From the NCBI RefSeq assembly GCF_009914755.1, contig NC_060929.1: a stretch of 64,000 nucleotides of DNA; one strand, given 5' to 3'. Made by a program: the position numbers and the translations under genes. This DNA is from the human T2T-CHM13v2.0 reference genome, Homo sapiens. Below are positions 38,701 through 52,600 of the stretch, one piece after another; the first letter of the stretch is position 1, and every line of letters starts with the position of its first letter. The notes beneath the pieces are model-generated. The model had not been told where the DNA came from and did no database searches. It worked only from the letters and a program-made list of their open reading frames with translations.

Positions 38701-41700
38701 CCTTCTTTCTAGTTTTTATCTGAAGATATTTCCTTTTTCACCATAGGCTTCAACACGCTCTGAAATATCCCTTCTCAGATTCTACAAAGAAAGTGTTCCC
38801 GAACTGCTCTATTAAAAGAAAGTTTTAACTCTGTAAGAAGAATGCACACAGCATAAAGCAGTTTCTCAGAAAACTTCTGTCTAGTTCTTCTCTGAAGGTA
38901 TTTCCTTTTCCGTGCATAGGCCTCAATGCACTCCCAAATATCCCTTTGCAGATTCTAGAAAAACAGTGTTTGCAAACTGTTCCATGAAAAGAAGGAATTA
39001 ACTCTTTGAGATGAACTCACAAATCAGAAAGCAGTTTCTCATAACGCTTCTTTCCAGTTTTTGTCTGAAGATATTTCCTTTTTCACCATAGGCTTTTTTG
39101 CACTACGTAATATCACCTTGCAGATTACATTAAAACAGTGTTTCCAAACTGCTCTATGAAAAGAAAGGTTTAACTCTGTGAGATCCATGCACATATCACA
39201 AAGCAGTTTCTCAAAAAGATTCTTTCTAATTTTTATCCATAGTTATTTCCCTTATCACCAAAGTCTTCAATGCACTCCCAAATATCCCTTCGCAGATTCT
39301 ACAAAAACAGTGTTTCCAAACTGCTCAATCAAAAAACAGAATTAACTCTGTGAGTTGAACACACACATCACAAAGCTGTTTCTCAAAAAGCTTATTTCTA
39401 GTTTTTATCTGAAGATATTTCCTTTTTCACCATATTCCTCAGTGTGCTCCCAAATATCCTTTTGCAAATTCTACAAAAACAGTGTTTCCAAACTGTTCAA
39501 TAAAAAGAAACGTTTAACTCTGTGAGAAGAATGCACACATCTCAAAGCATTTTTTCAGAAATATTCTTCCTCTTTTTTATCTGAAGTTATTTCCTTTTTC
39601 ACCATAGCCCTCGTGTGCTCCATAATATCCCTTTTCAGATTCTGCAAAAACGGTGTTTCCAAAGTGATGTATCAAAAGAAAGTTTTAACTCTGTGAGATG
39701 AATGCACACATCACAAAGCAGATTCTCAGAAAACTTTTTTCTAGTTTTGATCTGGAGATATTTCCTTTTTCATTATAGGCCTCCATCCGCTACAAAATAA
39801 CACTTCACAGATTCTGCCCAAAGGGTTTTCCAAATGCCTCCATCAAAGGAAAGATTACTACTGTGAAATGAATCCACACATCACAAATCAGTGCCTCAGA
39901 CAGCTTCTTTCCTCTTTTTTATATGAAGATAATTCCTTTGTCACCACTGGCTTTTTTGTGCTACTTAATATCACATCGCAGATTATACAAAAACTGTATT
40001 TCCAAACTGCTCTATCAAAATAAAGGTTTAACTCTGTGAGATGAATGCAGAGATCAGAAAGCACTTTCTGCAAATGCTTATTTCTAGTTTTTATCTGAAG
40101 TTATTTCCCTTTTCTCAATAGGCTTCAATGTGCTCCCAAATATCCCTTTGCAGATTCTACAAAAATCAGAGTTTCCAAGCTGCTCAATCAAAAGTAAGGT
40201 TTAACTCTGTGAGATGAATGCACACATCACAAAGCAGTTTCTCAGAAAGCTTCTGGCTAGTTCTTCTCTGAAGTTAATTCCCTTTCCACCATAGGCCTCA
40301 ATATACTTCTAAATATCCCTTCACAGATTCTACAGATACAGTGTTTCCAAAGTGTTCCAGCAAAAGAAGGACTTGACTGTGTGAGATGAAAGCACACACT
40401 AGAAAACAGCTTCTCTTAACTATTCTTTCCAGTTTTTATCTGAATGTATTTTTTCACCATAGACTTTTTTGTACTATCTAATATTACTTCACAGATTTTT
40501 CAAAAACTGTGTTTCCAAACAGCCCAGTCAAAAGAAAGATTTAACTCTGTGAGATGAATGCACACATCACAAAGCAGTTTTTCAAAAAGCTTCTGTCTAG
40601 TTTTTATCCAAAAATATTTCCATTATCACCATAGGCTTCTATGCACTCCCAAATATCTCATTGCAGATTCTACAGTGTTTCCAAACTGATCAATCAAAAG
40701 AGAGGTTTAACTCTGTGAGGTGAATCCACACATTATAAAGCAGTTTCTCAAAAAGGTTTTATCTAGTCTTTATCTGAAGATACTTCCTTTTATACCACAG
40801 GCCTCAGTGCACTCCAAAATAACCCTTTGCAGATTCCACAAAAACAGTGTTTCCAAACTGCTCAATCAAAAGAAAACTTTAACTCTGTGAGGTGAATGCA
40901 AACATCAGAAGGCACTTTCTCAAAAACATCCTTTCTAGTTTTTATCCAAAGATATTTCCTTTTTCACCATAGGCTTCAATGCTCTCCCAAATATCCCTTT
41001 GCAGATTGGAAAAAAAGAAACAGTGTTTCCAAACTACTCAGTCAAAAGAAAGTTTTAACTCCCTGAGATGGATGCACACACGAAAAGGTAGTTTCTCAAA
41101 AGGTTTCTTTCTAGTTTTTATCCAAAGGTACTTTCTTTTTAACCGTAGAATTAAGCACTCTCATATATTCCGTCACAGATTCTACAAAAAGTGTGTTTCC
41201 AAAGTCCTCAATCAAAACAAGAGCTTAACTCTGTGAGATGAATGCACACATCAGAAAGCAGTTTATCAGGTAGCTTCTGTCTAGTTCTCCTCTGAAGATA
41301 TTTCCTTTTCCATCATAGGCCTCAATGCACTCCCAAATGTCCCTTCACAGATTCTATAAAAACAGTGTTTCTGAACTGTTCCATCAAAAGAAAGATTGAA
41401 CTCTGAGAGATGAACACACATATCAGAAAGCAGTTTCTCATAACGCTTCTTTCCTATTTTCATCTGAAGAAATTTCCTTGTTCACCATAGGCCTTTTGGT
41501 GGTACCTAACATTGCTTCACAGATTATACAAAAACAGTGTTTCCAAACTGCTCAGTCAAAAGAAATGTTTAGGTCTGTAAGATTAACGCATATATCACAA
41601 AGTATTTTCTCAGAAAACTTCTTTCTAGTTTTTATCCGAAGATATTTCCTTGATCACCATAGGTTTCAATGTACTCTAAAATATCCCATTGCAGATTGTA

Positions 41701-44700
41701 CAAAAACAGTGTTTCCAAACTGTTCCAAAGAAAGAAGGACTTAACTGTGAAATGAAAGCACACATCAGAAAGAAGCTTCTCATAATGCTTCTTTCCAGTT
41801 TTGATCTGAAGATATATTCTTGTTCACCATAGGATATATTGTGCTGCCAATTAACACTAAGCAGCTTTTGGAGAAACAGCATTTCCAAACTGCTCAATCA
41901 AAAGAAAAGTTTAATTCTGTGAGATAAATGTAACCATCACAAAGTAGTTTCTCAAAAAGCTTCTTTCTACTTTTTATCTGAAGATATTTCCTTTTTCACC
42001 GTAGGCATCAGTGCACTCCAAAATATCCCTTTACAGATTGTGCAAAAACAGTGTTTTCAAACTGCTCAATCAATACAAATATTTACCTCTGTGAGAAGAA
42101 TGCACACATCACAAAGCAGTTTCTCAAAAACCTTCTTTCTAGTTTTTATCTGAAGGTATTTCCTTTTTCACCATAGGCATCAGTGCACTCCTAAATATCC
42201 CTTTGCAGATTCTACAAAAGTAGCATTTCCAAACTGATCAATCAAAAGAAAGGTTTAACTCTATGAGATGAATGCACATATAAGAAAGCAATTTCTCAAA
42301 AAACTTCTTTTTAGTTTTTATCCAAAGTTATTTCCTTTTCATCATAGACTTCAATGCACTCCCAAATATCCCATCACAGATTCTACAAAAACATTGTTTC
42401 CAAACTGTTCAGACAAAAAACAGATTTAACTGTGTGAGTTGAATGCATACATCACAAAGCAGTTTCTCAAAAATCTTCTTTCCATGTTTTATCCAGAGAT
42501 ATTTCATTTTTCAACATAGGCCCTATGACACTCCCAAATATACCTTTGACGTTTTTACAAAAACTGTTTCCAAATTGCTCAATCAAAAGAAAGGTTTAAC
42601 TCTGTGAGAGGAATGCACACATTGCAAACCAGTTTCTCAGATAGTTTCTTTCTTGTTCTTCACTGAAGGTATGTCCATTTACATCATGGGTCTCAATGCA
42701 CTATGAAAAATCCCTTAGCAGATTCTATAAAAGAGTGTTTCCAAACAGTTCCATCAAAAGACTGATATAACTCTGAGATGAATGCACACATCAGAAAGCT
42801 GTTTCTAACAACTCTTCTTTCTAGTTTTTATCTAAAGATATTCCCTTGTTCATCATAGGACTTTGTGAGCAACTTACCATCGCTTCACAGATTATACAAA
42901 AATATTGTTTCCAAACTGCTAAGTCAAAAGAGAGGTTTAACTTTGTGAGATGAATGCATACATCCCAAAGCAGTTTCTTAAAAAGCTTCTTTCTAGTTTT
43001 TATCTGAAGTTATTTCCTTTTTCACCATGGGCCTCCATGGCTCCCACGTATCCCTTTGCAGCCTCTACAAAAACAGTGTTTCCAAACTGCTCAATCAAAA
43101 GCAACGTTTAACTCTCTCAGAAGACTGCACACATCACAAAGCAGTTTCTCAGAAACGTTCTTTCCAGTTTTTATCTGAAGTTATTTCCTTTTTCACCATA
43201 GGCCATGTGAGCTCCAAAATATCCCTTCACATATTTTACAAAAACTGTGTTTCCTAACAGATCAGTCACAAGAAGGTTTTAACTCTGTGAGATGAATGCA
43301 CACATCACAAAGAAGTTTTTCAAAAAGCTATTTTCTAGTTTTTCCTTTTTCACCAAAGGCATCATTGCACTCCTAAATATCCCATTGTAGATTCCACGTA
43401 AACAGTGTTTCCAAACTGCTCAAGCAAAAGAAAAGTTTAACTCTGTGAGAAGAATGAACTCATCTCAAAGTGGTTTCTCTGAATGTTTTGTTCTAGTTTT
43501 TATCTGAAGTTATTTCCTTTTTTGCCATAGGCTTTGTGCGCTCCCAAGAATCCTTTCACAGATTCCTCAAAAACTGTGTTTCCAAACTGATGAGTCAAAA
43601 GAAAGGTTTAACTCTGTGAGATGAATGCACACGTCACAAAGCAGTTTCTCAAAATGTTTCTTTGTAGTTTTTATCCAAAGATATTTCCTTTTTCACCAGT
43701 CTTCAATGCGCTCCAAACTATCCTTTGACAGATTCCACAAAAGCAGTTTTTCCAAACTGCTTAATCAAAGAAAAATTTTACTCTGTGAGATGAATGCTTA
43801 CATCACAAAGAAGTTTCTCAGATAGCTTCTGTCTAGTTCTTCTCTGAAGATATTTCCTTTTCCATCATAGGCCTCAAAGCACTCCCAAATATCCCTTTGC
43901 AGAGAGTATAAAAACAGTGTTTCCAAACTGTACCATCAAAAGAATGATTTAACTCTGTGAGAAGAATGCCCACCTCAGAAAGCAGTTTCTCATAAAGCTT
44001 CCTTCCAGTTTTTCTCTGAAGATATTTTCTTCTTCACCATGGGCCTTTTTGTGCTACATGTCATCGCTTGGCAGATTATACAAAAATAGTGTTTCCAAGC
44101 TACTCATTCAACAGAAAAGTTTAAGTCTGTGAGATGAATGCACATATCACAAAGCAGTTTCTGAAAACGCTGCATTCTAGTTCTTATCAAAAGATATTTC
44201 CTTATTCACCATAGGCATCATTGTGCTCCAAAATATGCCTTTGCAGATGCTACATAAGATGTGTTTCAAAAGTGCTCAATCAAAAGAAACATTTACCTCT
44301 GTGAGAAGAATGCTCTCATCACAAAGCAGTTTCTCAGAAAGCTTCTATCGAGTTCTTATCTGAAGTTATTTCCTTTTTTCACGACAGGCTACATGTGCTC
44401 CCAAATATCACTTCACAGATTCTACAAAAAAAGTGTTTCCAAACTGATCAATCAAAATAAATATTTAACTCTGTAAGATGAATGCACATAACACAGAGCA
44501 GTTTCTCAGAAAGCTTCTTTCTAGTTTTTATCTGAAGTTTTTTTATCACCATAAAGTTAAATGTGCTCCAAAATATCCCATTGCAGATGCTACAAAAACA
44601 CTGTTTCCAAACTGCTCAATCAAAAAACAGGTTTATCTCTATGAGCTGAATGCATGCATCACAAACCTGTTTCTCAAAAAGCTTCTTTCTAGTTTTTATC

Positions 44701-47700
44701 TGAAGATAATTCCTTTTGCACCATAGGCCTCAGTATGCTCCCAAATATCCTGTCACATATTCTACAAGAACAGTGGTTCCAAACTATTCCATCAAATGAA
44801 AGACTAAACTCTGTGAGATGAATGCACACATCAGAAAGCAGTTTCTCATAAGGCTTCATTCCAGTTTTTCTCTTATTTCCATTTTCACCATAGTCCTATT
44901 TGCACTACCAAAGATAGCATCACAGATTATACAGAAATACTGTTTCCAAACTGCCAAATCAAAAGAAAAGTTTAACTCTGTGAGATGAATGTATACATCC
45001 AATGCAGTTTCTCAAAGAACTTCTTTCTATTTTTTATTTAAAGATATTTCCTTTTTCTCCATAGGCTTCCATGCAGTCCCAAATATGCCTTCGCAGATTC
45101 TAGAAAAACAGTGTTTCCTGAAAGGTTTAACTCTGTAAGATGAATGCACACATCACAAAGTAGTTTCTCAGAAAGCTTCTGTCTAGTTCTTCTCTGAAGA
45201 TATGTCCTTTTCCACCATAGGCCTCAATGCACTCCCAAATATCCATTCACAGATTATACAATTACAGTGTTTCCAAATTGTTCCATCAAAAGAGGGACTT
45301 AACTCTGTGAGATGAATGCACACATAAGAAAACAGTTTCTCATAACACTTCTTTCCATTTTTTATCTGAAGATATTTCCATGTTCACCATAGGCTTTTTG
45401 CACCACCCAATATTTCTTCCCAGATTTTGCAAAAACAGTGTTTCCAAACTACTCAGTCAAAAGAATGGTTTAAATCGGTGATGTGAATGCACTCATCACA
45501 AAGCCATTTCTCAAAAAGTTTCTTTCTACTTTTTTCCCAAAGATAATTCCTTTATAACCATAGGCTTTAAGGTACTCCCAAATATCCCTTTGCAGACTCT
45601 AAACAAACAGTGTTTTCCAAATGCACAATCAAAAAACAGTCTTAACTCTGTGAGTTGAATGGTGGCATCACAAAGCAGTTTCTCAAAAGGATTCTTTCTA
45701 GTTTTTATCTGAAGATATTTCATTTTTGACCATAGGCCTCAGTGCACTTCCAAATATACATTTGCAGATACTTCAAAAACAGTGTTTCCAAACTAATCAA
45801 TCAAGGGAAACATTTAACTGTGTGAGATGAATGCACACATCACAAAGCAGTTTCTCAGATAGCTTCTTTCTTGTTCTCCCTGAATATATTTCCTTTCCCA
45901 CCATAGGCCTCAAAGCACTCCCATATATGCCTTTGCAGATTCTATAAAAGCAGTGTTTCTGAACTGTTCCATCCAAAGAAGTATTTAATTCTGTGAGATT
46001 AATGTACACATCAGAAAGCGGTTTCTCATAACGTTTCTTTCCAGTTTTTATCTGAAGACATTTCATTGTTCACCATTGGCCGTTTTCTGTTACCTAACAT
46101 TGTTTCACAGATCATACAAAAACAGTGTTTCCAAAATGCTCAGTCAAAAGAAAATTTTAACTCTGTGAGATGAATGCATACATCACAAATCAGTTTCTCA
46201 AAAAGCTTCTTTCTACTTTTTATCCAAAGATATTTCCTTTATCCTCATAGGATACAGTGTGCCCCCAAATATCCCTTTGTAGATTCTACAAAAACAGCGT
46301 TTCCAAACTGCTTAATTAAAAGAAATGTTTAACTGTGTGAGAAGAATGCAAGCATCAGAAAGTTGTTACTCAGAAAGCTTCTTTCTAGTTTTCATCTGAA
46401 CTTATTTCCTTTTTTACCGTAGGCCACGTGCTATCCCAAATAAACCTTCACAGATTCTACAAAAATAGTGTTTCCAAACTGATCAATGAAAAGAAAGGTT
46501 TAAATCTATGAGATGAAAGCACACATCACAAAGCAGTTTCTCAAAAATCTTCTTTCTAGTTTTCATCCAGAGATATTTCCTTTATCACCATAGGCTTCAA
46601 TGTGTTCCCAAATATCCCTTTGCAGATTCTACAATAACAGTGTTTCCAAAGTGCTCAATTAAAAGAAAGGCTTAACTCTATGAGATTAATGCACACCACA
46701 CAAAGCAGTTTCTCAGCTTCTGTCCTGTTCTTATCTGAAGATAATATATTTTCCACAATAGGCCTCAATGTGCTCCCAAATATCCCTTTGCAAAATCTAC
46801 AAATCAGTGTTTCCAAACTGTTCCATCAAAACAAGGACTTCACTCTGGGAGATGAAGCCACATATCAGATAGCAGTTTCTCACAACACTTCTTTCCACTT
46901 TTTATCTGAAGATATTTCCTTTTTTACCATAGGCTATTTTGCAGTAGATAATATCTCTTTGCAAATTACACAAAAACAGTGTTTCCAAACTACTCAGTCA
47001 ATAGAAATGTTTAATTCTTTGAGATGAATGCACTCATCATGAAGCAGTTTCTCATAATTCTTCTTTCTAGTTTTTATCCATATATATTTCCTTTTTCACC
47101 ATAGGCATAAATGTGCTTTCAAATATCCCATTGCTGATTCTACAAAAACAGTTTTTCTAAACTCCAGAATGAAAACAAAGTTTTAAATCTGTGAGAAGAA
47201 TACATACATCCAAAAGCAATTTCTCAGAAACCTTCTTCGAAGTTTTTATCTGAAGTTATTTCCTTTTTCATCCTTGGGTCAGTGCAATCCCAAATATCCC
47301 TGGCAGATTCTACCAAAACAGTGTTTCCAAACTGCACAATCAAAAGAAAGGTTTAAATCTGATGGATGAATGCACAAATCACAAAGCAGTTTCTCAGAAA
47401 TATTCTTTCTTGGTTTTATCTGGAGATATTTCCTTTTTCACCATAGGCCTCGATTCACTCCCAAATAACTCTTTGCAGATCCCACCAAAAGTGTTTTTCC
47501 AGATGGCTCCATCCAAGGAAAGATTTAACTCTGTGAAATGAATGCACATCTCATAAATCAGTATCTCAGAAAGCTTCTTTCCAGTTTTTATCTGAAGATA
47601 TTTATTTTTACTCCACAGGCCTCTTTGAGCAACAAAATATCACTTTGCAGGTTATACAAAAACAGAGTTTCTAAACTGTTCTATCAAAAGAAAGGTTTAC

Positions 47701-48644
47701 CTCTGTGAGATGAATGCACACGTCACAAAGTAGTTTGTCAGAAAGCTTGTTTCTAATTTTAATCTGGAGATATTAACTTTTTCACCATAGGCCTCAATTC
47801 GCTCCCAAATAACCCTTTGTAAATTCTTCCAAAAGGGTGTTTCCAAATGGCACGATGAAGGGAAAGATTGAACACTGTGAAGTGTATGCAGCCATCACAA
47901 ATAAGTGCCTCAGACAGTTTCTTTCCAGTTTTTATCTGTAGATATTTCCTATTTCACAATAAGCCTCTTTGCGCTACTAAATATCACTTCGCAGATTATA
48001 CATAAACAGTATTTCCAAACTGCTCTATCAGAAGAAAGGTTTAATTCTGTGAGATGAAAGCACACATCAGGAAGCACATTCTCAGAAAGCTTCTGTCAAG
48101 TTCTTCTCTGAACTTGTTTCCTTTTCCACCATAGGCCTCGATGCACTCCCAAATATGACTTCGCAGATTCTACAAAAACAGTGTTTCCAAACTGTTTCAT
48201 CAAAAGAAGGTCTTAATTCTGTGAGATGAACACACACATCAGAAGGCAGTTTCTCATAACACTTCTTTCTGCTTTTTATCTGCAAATGTTTCCTTTTTCA
48301 CCACAGGCTTTTTTCTGGTACCTAATATTGCTTTGGAGATTTTGCAAAAGCAGTGTTTCCAAACTGGTCAGTCAAAAGAAAGGTCACACCGTGAGATGAA
48401 TGCACACTTCACAAAGCAGTTTCTCTAAAAGCTTCTTTCCAGTTTTTTTCCAAAGATATTTCCTTTACCACCATAGGCCTCAAGGTGCTCCCAAATATCC
48501 TGTTGCAGATTCTACAAAAACAGTGTTTCCAAACTACTCAATCAAAAAACAGTTTTAACATTGTGAGTTGAATGCACACATCACAAAGCAGTTTCTCAAG
48601 TAGCTTCTTTGTAGTTTTTATCTGAACATAATTCCTTTTTCATG

Positions 48645-49670
48645 ATAGGCCTCGTGGATTCCCAAATAATCATTCCAGATTCTACAAAAACAGTGTTAAC
48701 AAGCTGATCAATGAAAAGAAAGGTTTAACTCTTCAAGATGAATGCACACATCACAAAGCAGTTTCTCAAAATGCTTATTTCTAGCTTTTTTCTGAAGATA
48801 TTTCCTTTTTCACCATAGGTTCCTGCACTCCCAAGTATGCCTTTGCAGATTCTACAGAAACAATTTTTTAGAACTGCTCAATCAAAAGAAAGATTTAACT
48901 CTGTAAGATGAAAGCTGACATCACAAAGCAGCTTCTCAGAATGTTTCTATCTAGTTTTTCTCTGAAGTTATTTCTTTTTCCACCATAGGCTTCAATGCCT
49001 TCCCAAATATCCCTTCACAGATTCTACAAAAACAGTGTTTCCAAACTTCTATGAAAAGAAGGACTTACCTCTGTGAGATGAATGCACACATTGGAAAGCA
49101 GTTTCTCATAACACTTCCTTGCAGTTTTTTTCTCAAGGTATTTCTTTGCTCACCATAGGTCTCACGTACTCCCAAATAATCATTCCAGATGCTACAAAAA
49201 CAGTGTTTCCAAACAGATCAATGGAAAGAAAAGTTTAACTCTGCGAGATGAATGCACACATCACAAAGCAGTTTCTCAAAAAGCTTATTTCTAACTTTTT
49301 TCTGAAGATATTTCCTTTTTCACCATAAATTCATGCACTCCCTAATATGCCTTCGTGGATTCTACAAAAACAATTTTTCAGAACTGCTCAATCAAAAGAA
49401 AAGTTTAACTCTGTGAGATGAATGCTGACATCACAAATCAATTTCTCAGAATGTTTCTGTCTAGTTTTTCTCTGAAGTTATTTACTTTTCCACCATAGGC
49501 CTCAATGCACTCCCAAATATCCCTTCACAGATTCTACAAAAACAGTGTTTCCAAACTGTTCTATCAAAAGAAGGACTTACCTCTGTGAGATGAACGCACA
49601 CATCCAGAAGCAGTTTCTCATACTGCTTCCTTGCACTTTTTATCTCAATGTATTTCCCTGCTCATCACAG
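48645..49670. repeat. Tandem duplication of a 3-monomer (~510 bp) block
   Basis: The private string cccaaataatcattccagat occurs at 48661 and 49171. gctgacatcacaaa, caattttt(t/c)agaactgc, ggacttacctc and ttccttgca are also repeated at the same ~510 offset. Confidence 0.93.
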
Positions 49671-52600
49671 GCCTTTTGCACTACCTAACATCTCTTTGCA
49701 GATTATACAAAAACAGTGTTTCCAAACTGATCAATCAAAAGACTTTTTTAACTCTGTGAGATGAATACACACATCATGGTGTAACTCTGTGAGATGCATG
49801 CACTCATCACAAAGCAGTTTCTCAGAATGCTTCTGTCTAGTTTTTTTCTCTTAAGATATTTCCTTTTCCACTGTAGGCCTCAATGCACTCCCAAATATCC
49901 CTTCACAGATTCTACAAAAGCAGTGCTTCCAAACTGTTCCATCAAAAGAAGGACTTAACTTTGAGGGATGAAAGCACACATCAGAAAGCAATTTCTCATA
50001 ATGCTTCTTTCCACTGTTTGTCTGAAGATACTTCTTTTTTCACCATAGGCTTTTTTGTGCTACCTAATATCACCTCACAGATTTTGCAAAAACAGAGTTT
50101 TCAAACTGCTCAGTCAAAAGAAAGGTTTAACTTTGTAAGATGAATGCACACATCACAGATCAGTTTCTCAAAAAGCTTCTTTCTAAATTTTACGAAGATA
50201 GTCCCTTTCAATAAGCCTAATGCATTTTCAAATATCTCATTGTAGATTTTACAAAAGCAGTGTGTCCAAACTGCTCAATCAAAAACAGGTTTAACTCTGT
50301 GAATTGAACACACACATCACAAAGCAGTTTCTCCAAAACCTTCTTTCTAGTTTTCATCTGAAGATATTTCCATTTTAACCATAGCTTTCTATGAGCTCTG
50401 AAATATCCCTTTGCAGATTCTACAAAGCAAAGTTTCCAAACTCTTCAATCAAAAAACAGGTTTAACACTGTGAGTTCAATGCACACAAGGCAAAGCAGTT
50501 TCTCAAAAACTTCTTTCTAATTTTTATCCGAAGATATTTTCTTTATCACCTTAGGCTTCAATGCACTCCCAAATATCCCTTTGCAGATATTCCAAAAACA
50601 GTGTTTCCAAACTCCTCAATCAAAAGAAAAGTTTAACTCTCCGAAATGGAGGCACCCATCACAAAGAAGTTCCTTGTCCACCATAGGCCTCAGTGAGCTC
50701 CTAATTGTCCCTATGCAGGCTCTGTAAACATAGTGTTTCCAAAGTGTTCCATCAAAAGAAGGATTTAACTCTGTGACATGAATTCACACATCAGAAAGCA
50801 GTTTCTTATAACACTTCTTTCCAGTTTTTATCTGAAGATATTTCCTGGTTCACCATAGTCTTTTTTGCAATAACACATATAGCTTTGTAAATTTTGCAAA
50901 AACAGTGTTTGCAAACTGCTCAGTCAAAAGAAAGCACTAACTCTGTGAGATGAATGCACACATTACAAAGCAGTTTCTCAGAAAGTTTCTCTCTAGTTTT
51001 TGTAGAAAGATATTTCCTTTATCACCATGGGCTTAAATGTGCTCCCAAATATCCCATGGCAGATTTTACAAAAATAGGGTTTCCAAACTGCTCAATCAAA
51101 AAACAGGTTTAACCCTGTGATTTAAATGCTGACATCACAAAGCAGTTTTTCAAAAAGCTTCTTTCCTGTTCATCCAAAGATATTTCCTTTTTCACTGTAG
51201 TCCTCAGTGCACTCCCAAACCTACCTTTGCAGATTCTACAAAACAATGTCTCCAAACTACTCTATAAAAATAAAGGTTTAACTGTCAGATGAATGCACAC
51301 ATCACAAAGCAGTTTCTCTGATGGCTTCTGTCTAGTTCTTTTCTAAATTATTTCTTTTTACACCATAGGCCTCAATGCACTCCCAAATATGCCTTCACAG
51401 ATTCTATGAAAACAGTGTTTCTGAGCTGAACCATCAAAAGAAGCATTTAACTCTGCGTGATGAACACACATCAGAAAGCAGTTGCTCATAACGCTTCTTT
51501 CCAGTTTTTATCTAAAGATATTTCCTTGCTCACCATAGGACTTTTTGCACTACAAACATCCCCTCACAGATTATACAAAAACAGGGTTTCTAAACTGCTC
51601 AGTCAAAAGAAAAGTTTAACTATGTGAGATGAATGTGTACATCACAAAGCAGTTTCTCAAAAAGCTTCTTTCTAGTATTTTTCTGAAGATATTTCCTTTT
51701 TCGATACTGGTATCAGTGCACTCCCAAATATCCCTTTGTGGATTCTTCAAAAACGGTTTTTGCCAACTGCTCTATGAAAAGAAAGTTTTAACTCAGTGTG
51801 ATGAATGCACACACCACACATTTCTCATAAATATTCTGTCTAGTCCTTATGTGAAGATATTTTCTTTGCTCCCAAGTATCCCTAGCAGATCCTAGAAATG
51901 CAGTGTTTACAAAGTGCTCAATCAAAAGAAATATTTAACTCTGTGAAAAGAAGCACACATATCTAGTTTTTATCTGCAGTTAGTTCCTTTTTCACCATAG
52001 TCCTTGTGCCCTCGCAAACATCCCTTCACAGATTCTACAAAAACAGTGTTTCCAAAAAGATAATTCAAAAGAAAGTTTAAGCTCTGTGAAGTGAATACAC
52101 ACATGACAGAGCAGTTTCTCAGAAAGCTTCTTTCTAGCTTTTCTCTGAAGGAATTTTCTTTTTCAATATAGGTATCAGTGTGCTCCCAAATATCCCTTTG
52201 CAGATTCTTCAAAAACAGTGTTTCCAAACTGCTCTATTTAAAGAATGTTTTAACTCTCTGAGATGAATGCACACATCATGAAGCAGTTTCTCATAAATGT
52301 TCTGTCTAGTTCTTAGGAGAAGATATTTCCTTTTCCACCATAGGCCTCAATGCACTCCAAAATATCCCTTCACACATTCTGCAAAAGCAGTGTTACCAAA
52401 TTGTTCCATCAAAAGTAGGACGTAACTCTGTGAGATGAACTCACCCATCAGAAAGTAGTTTCCCATAACGACTCTTTCCAGGATTTAGATGAACATATAT
52501 ACTTTTTCACCATAGGTTTTTTGTGCTACCTAATATCACTTCACAGATTTTGCAAAAACAATGTTTCCAAACTAGTGAGTGAAAAGAAAAGTTAAACTCT

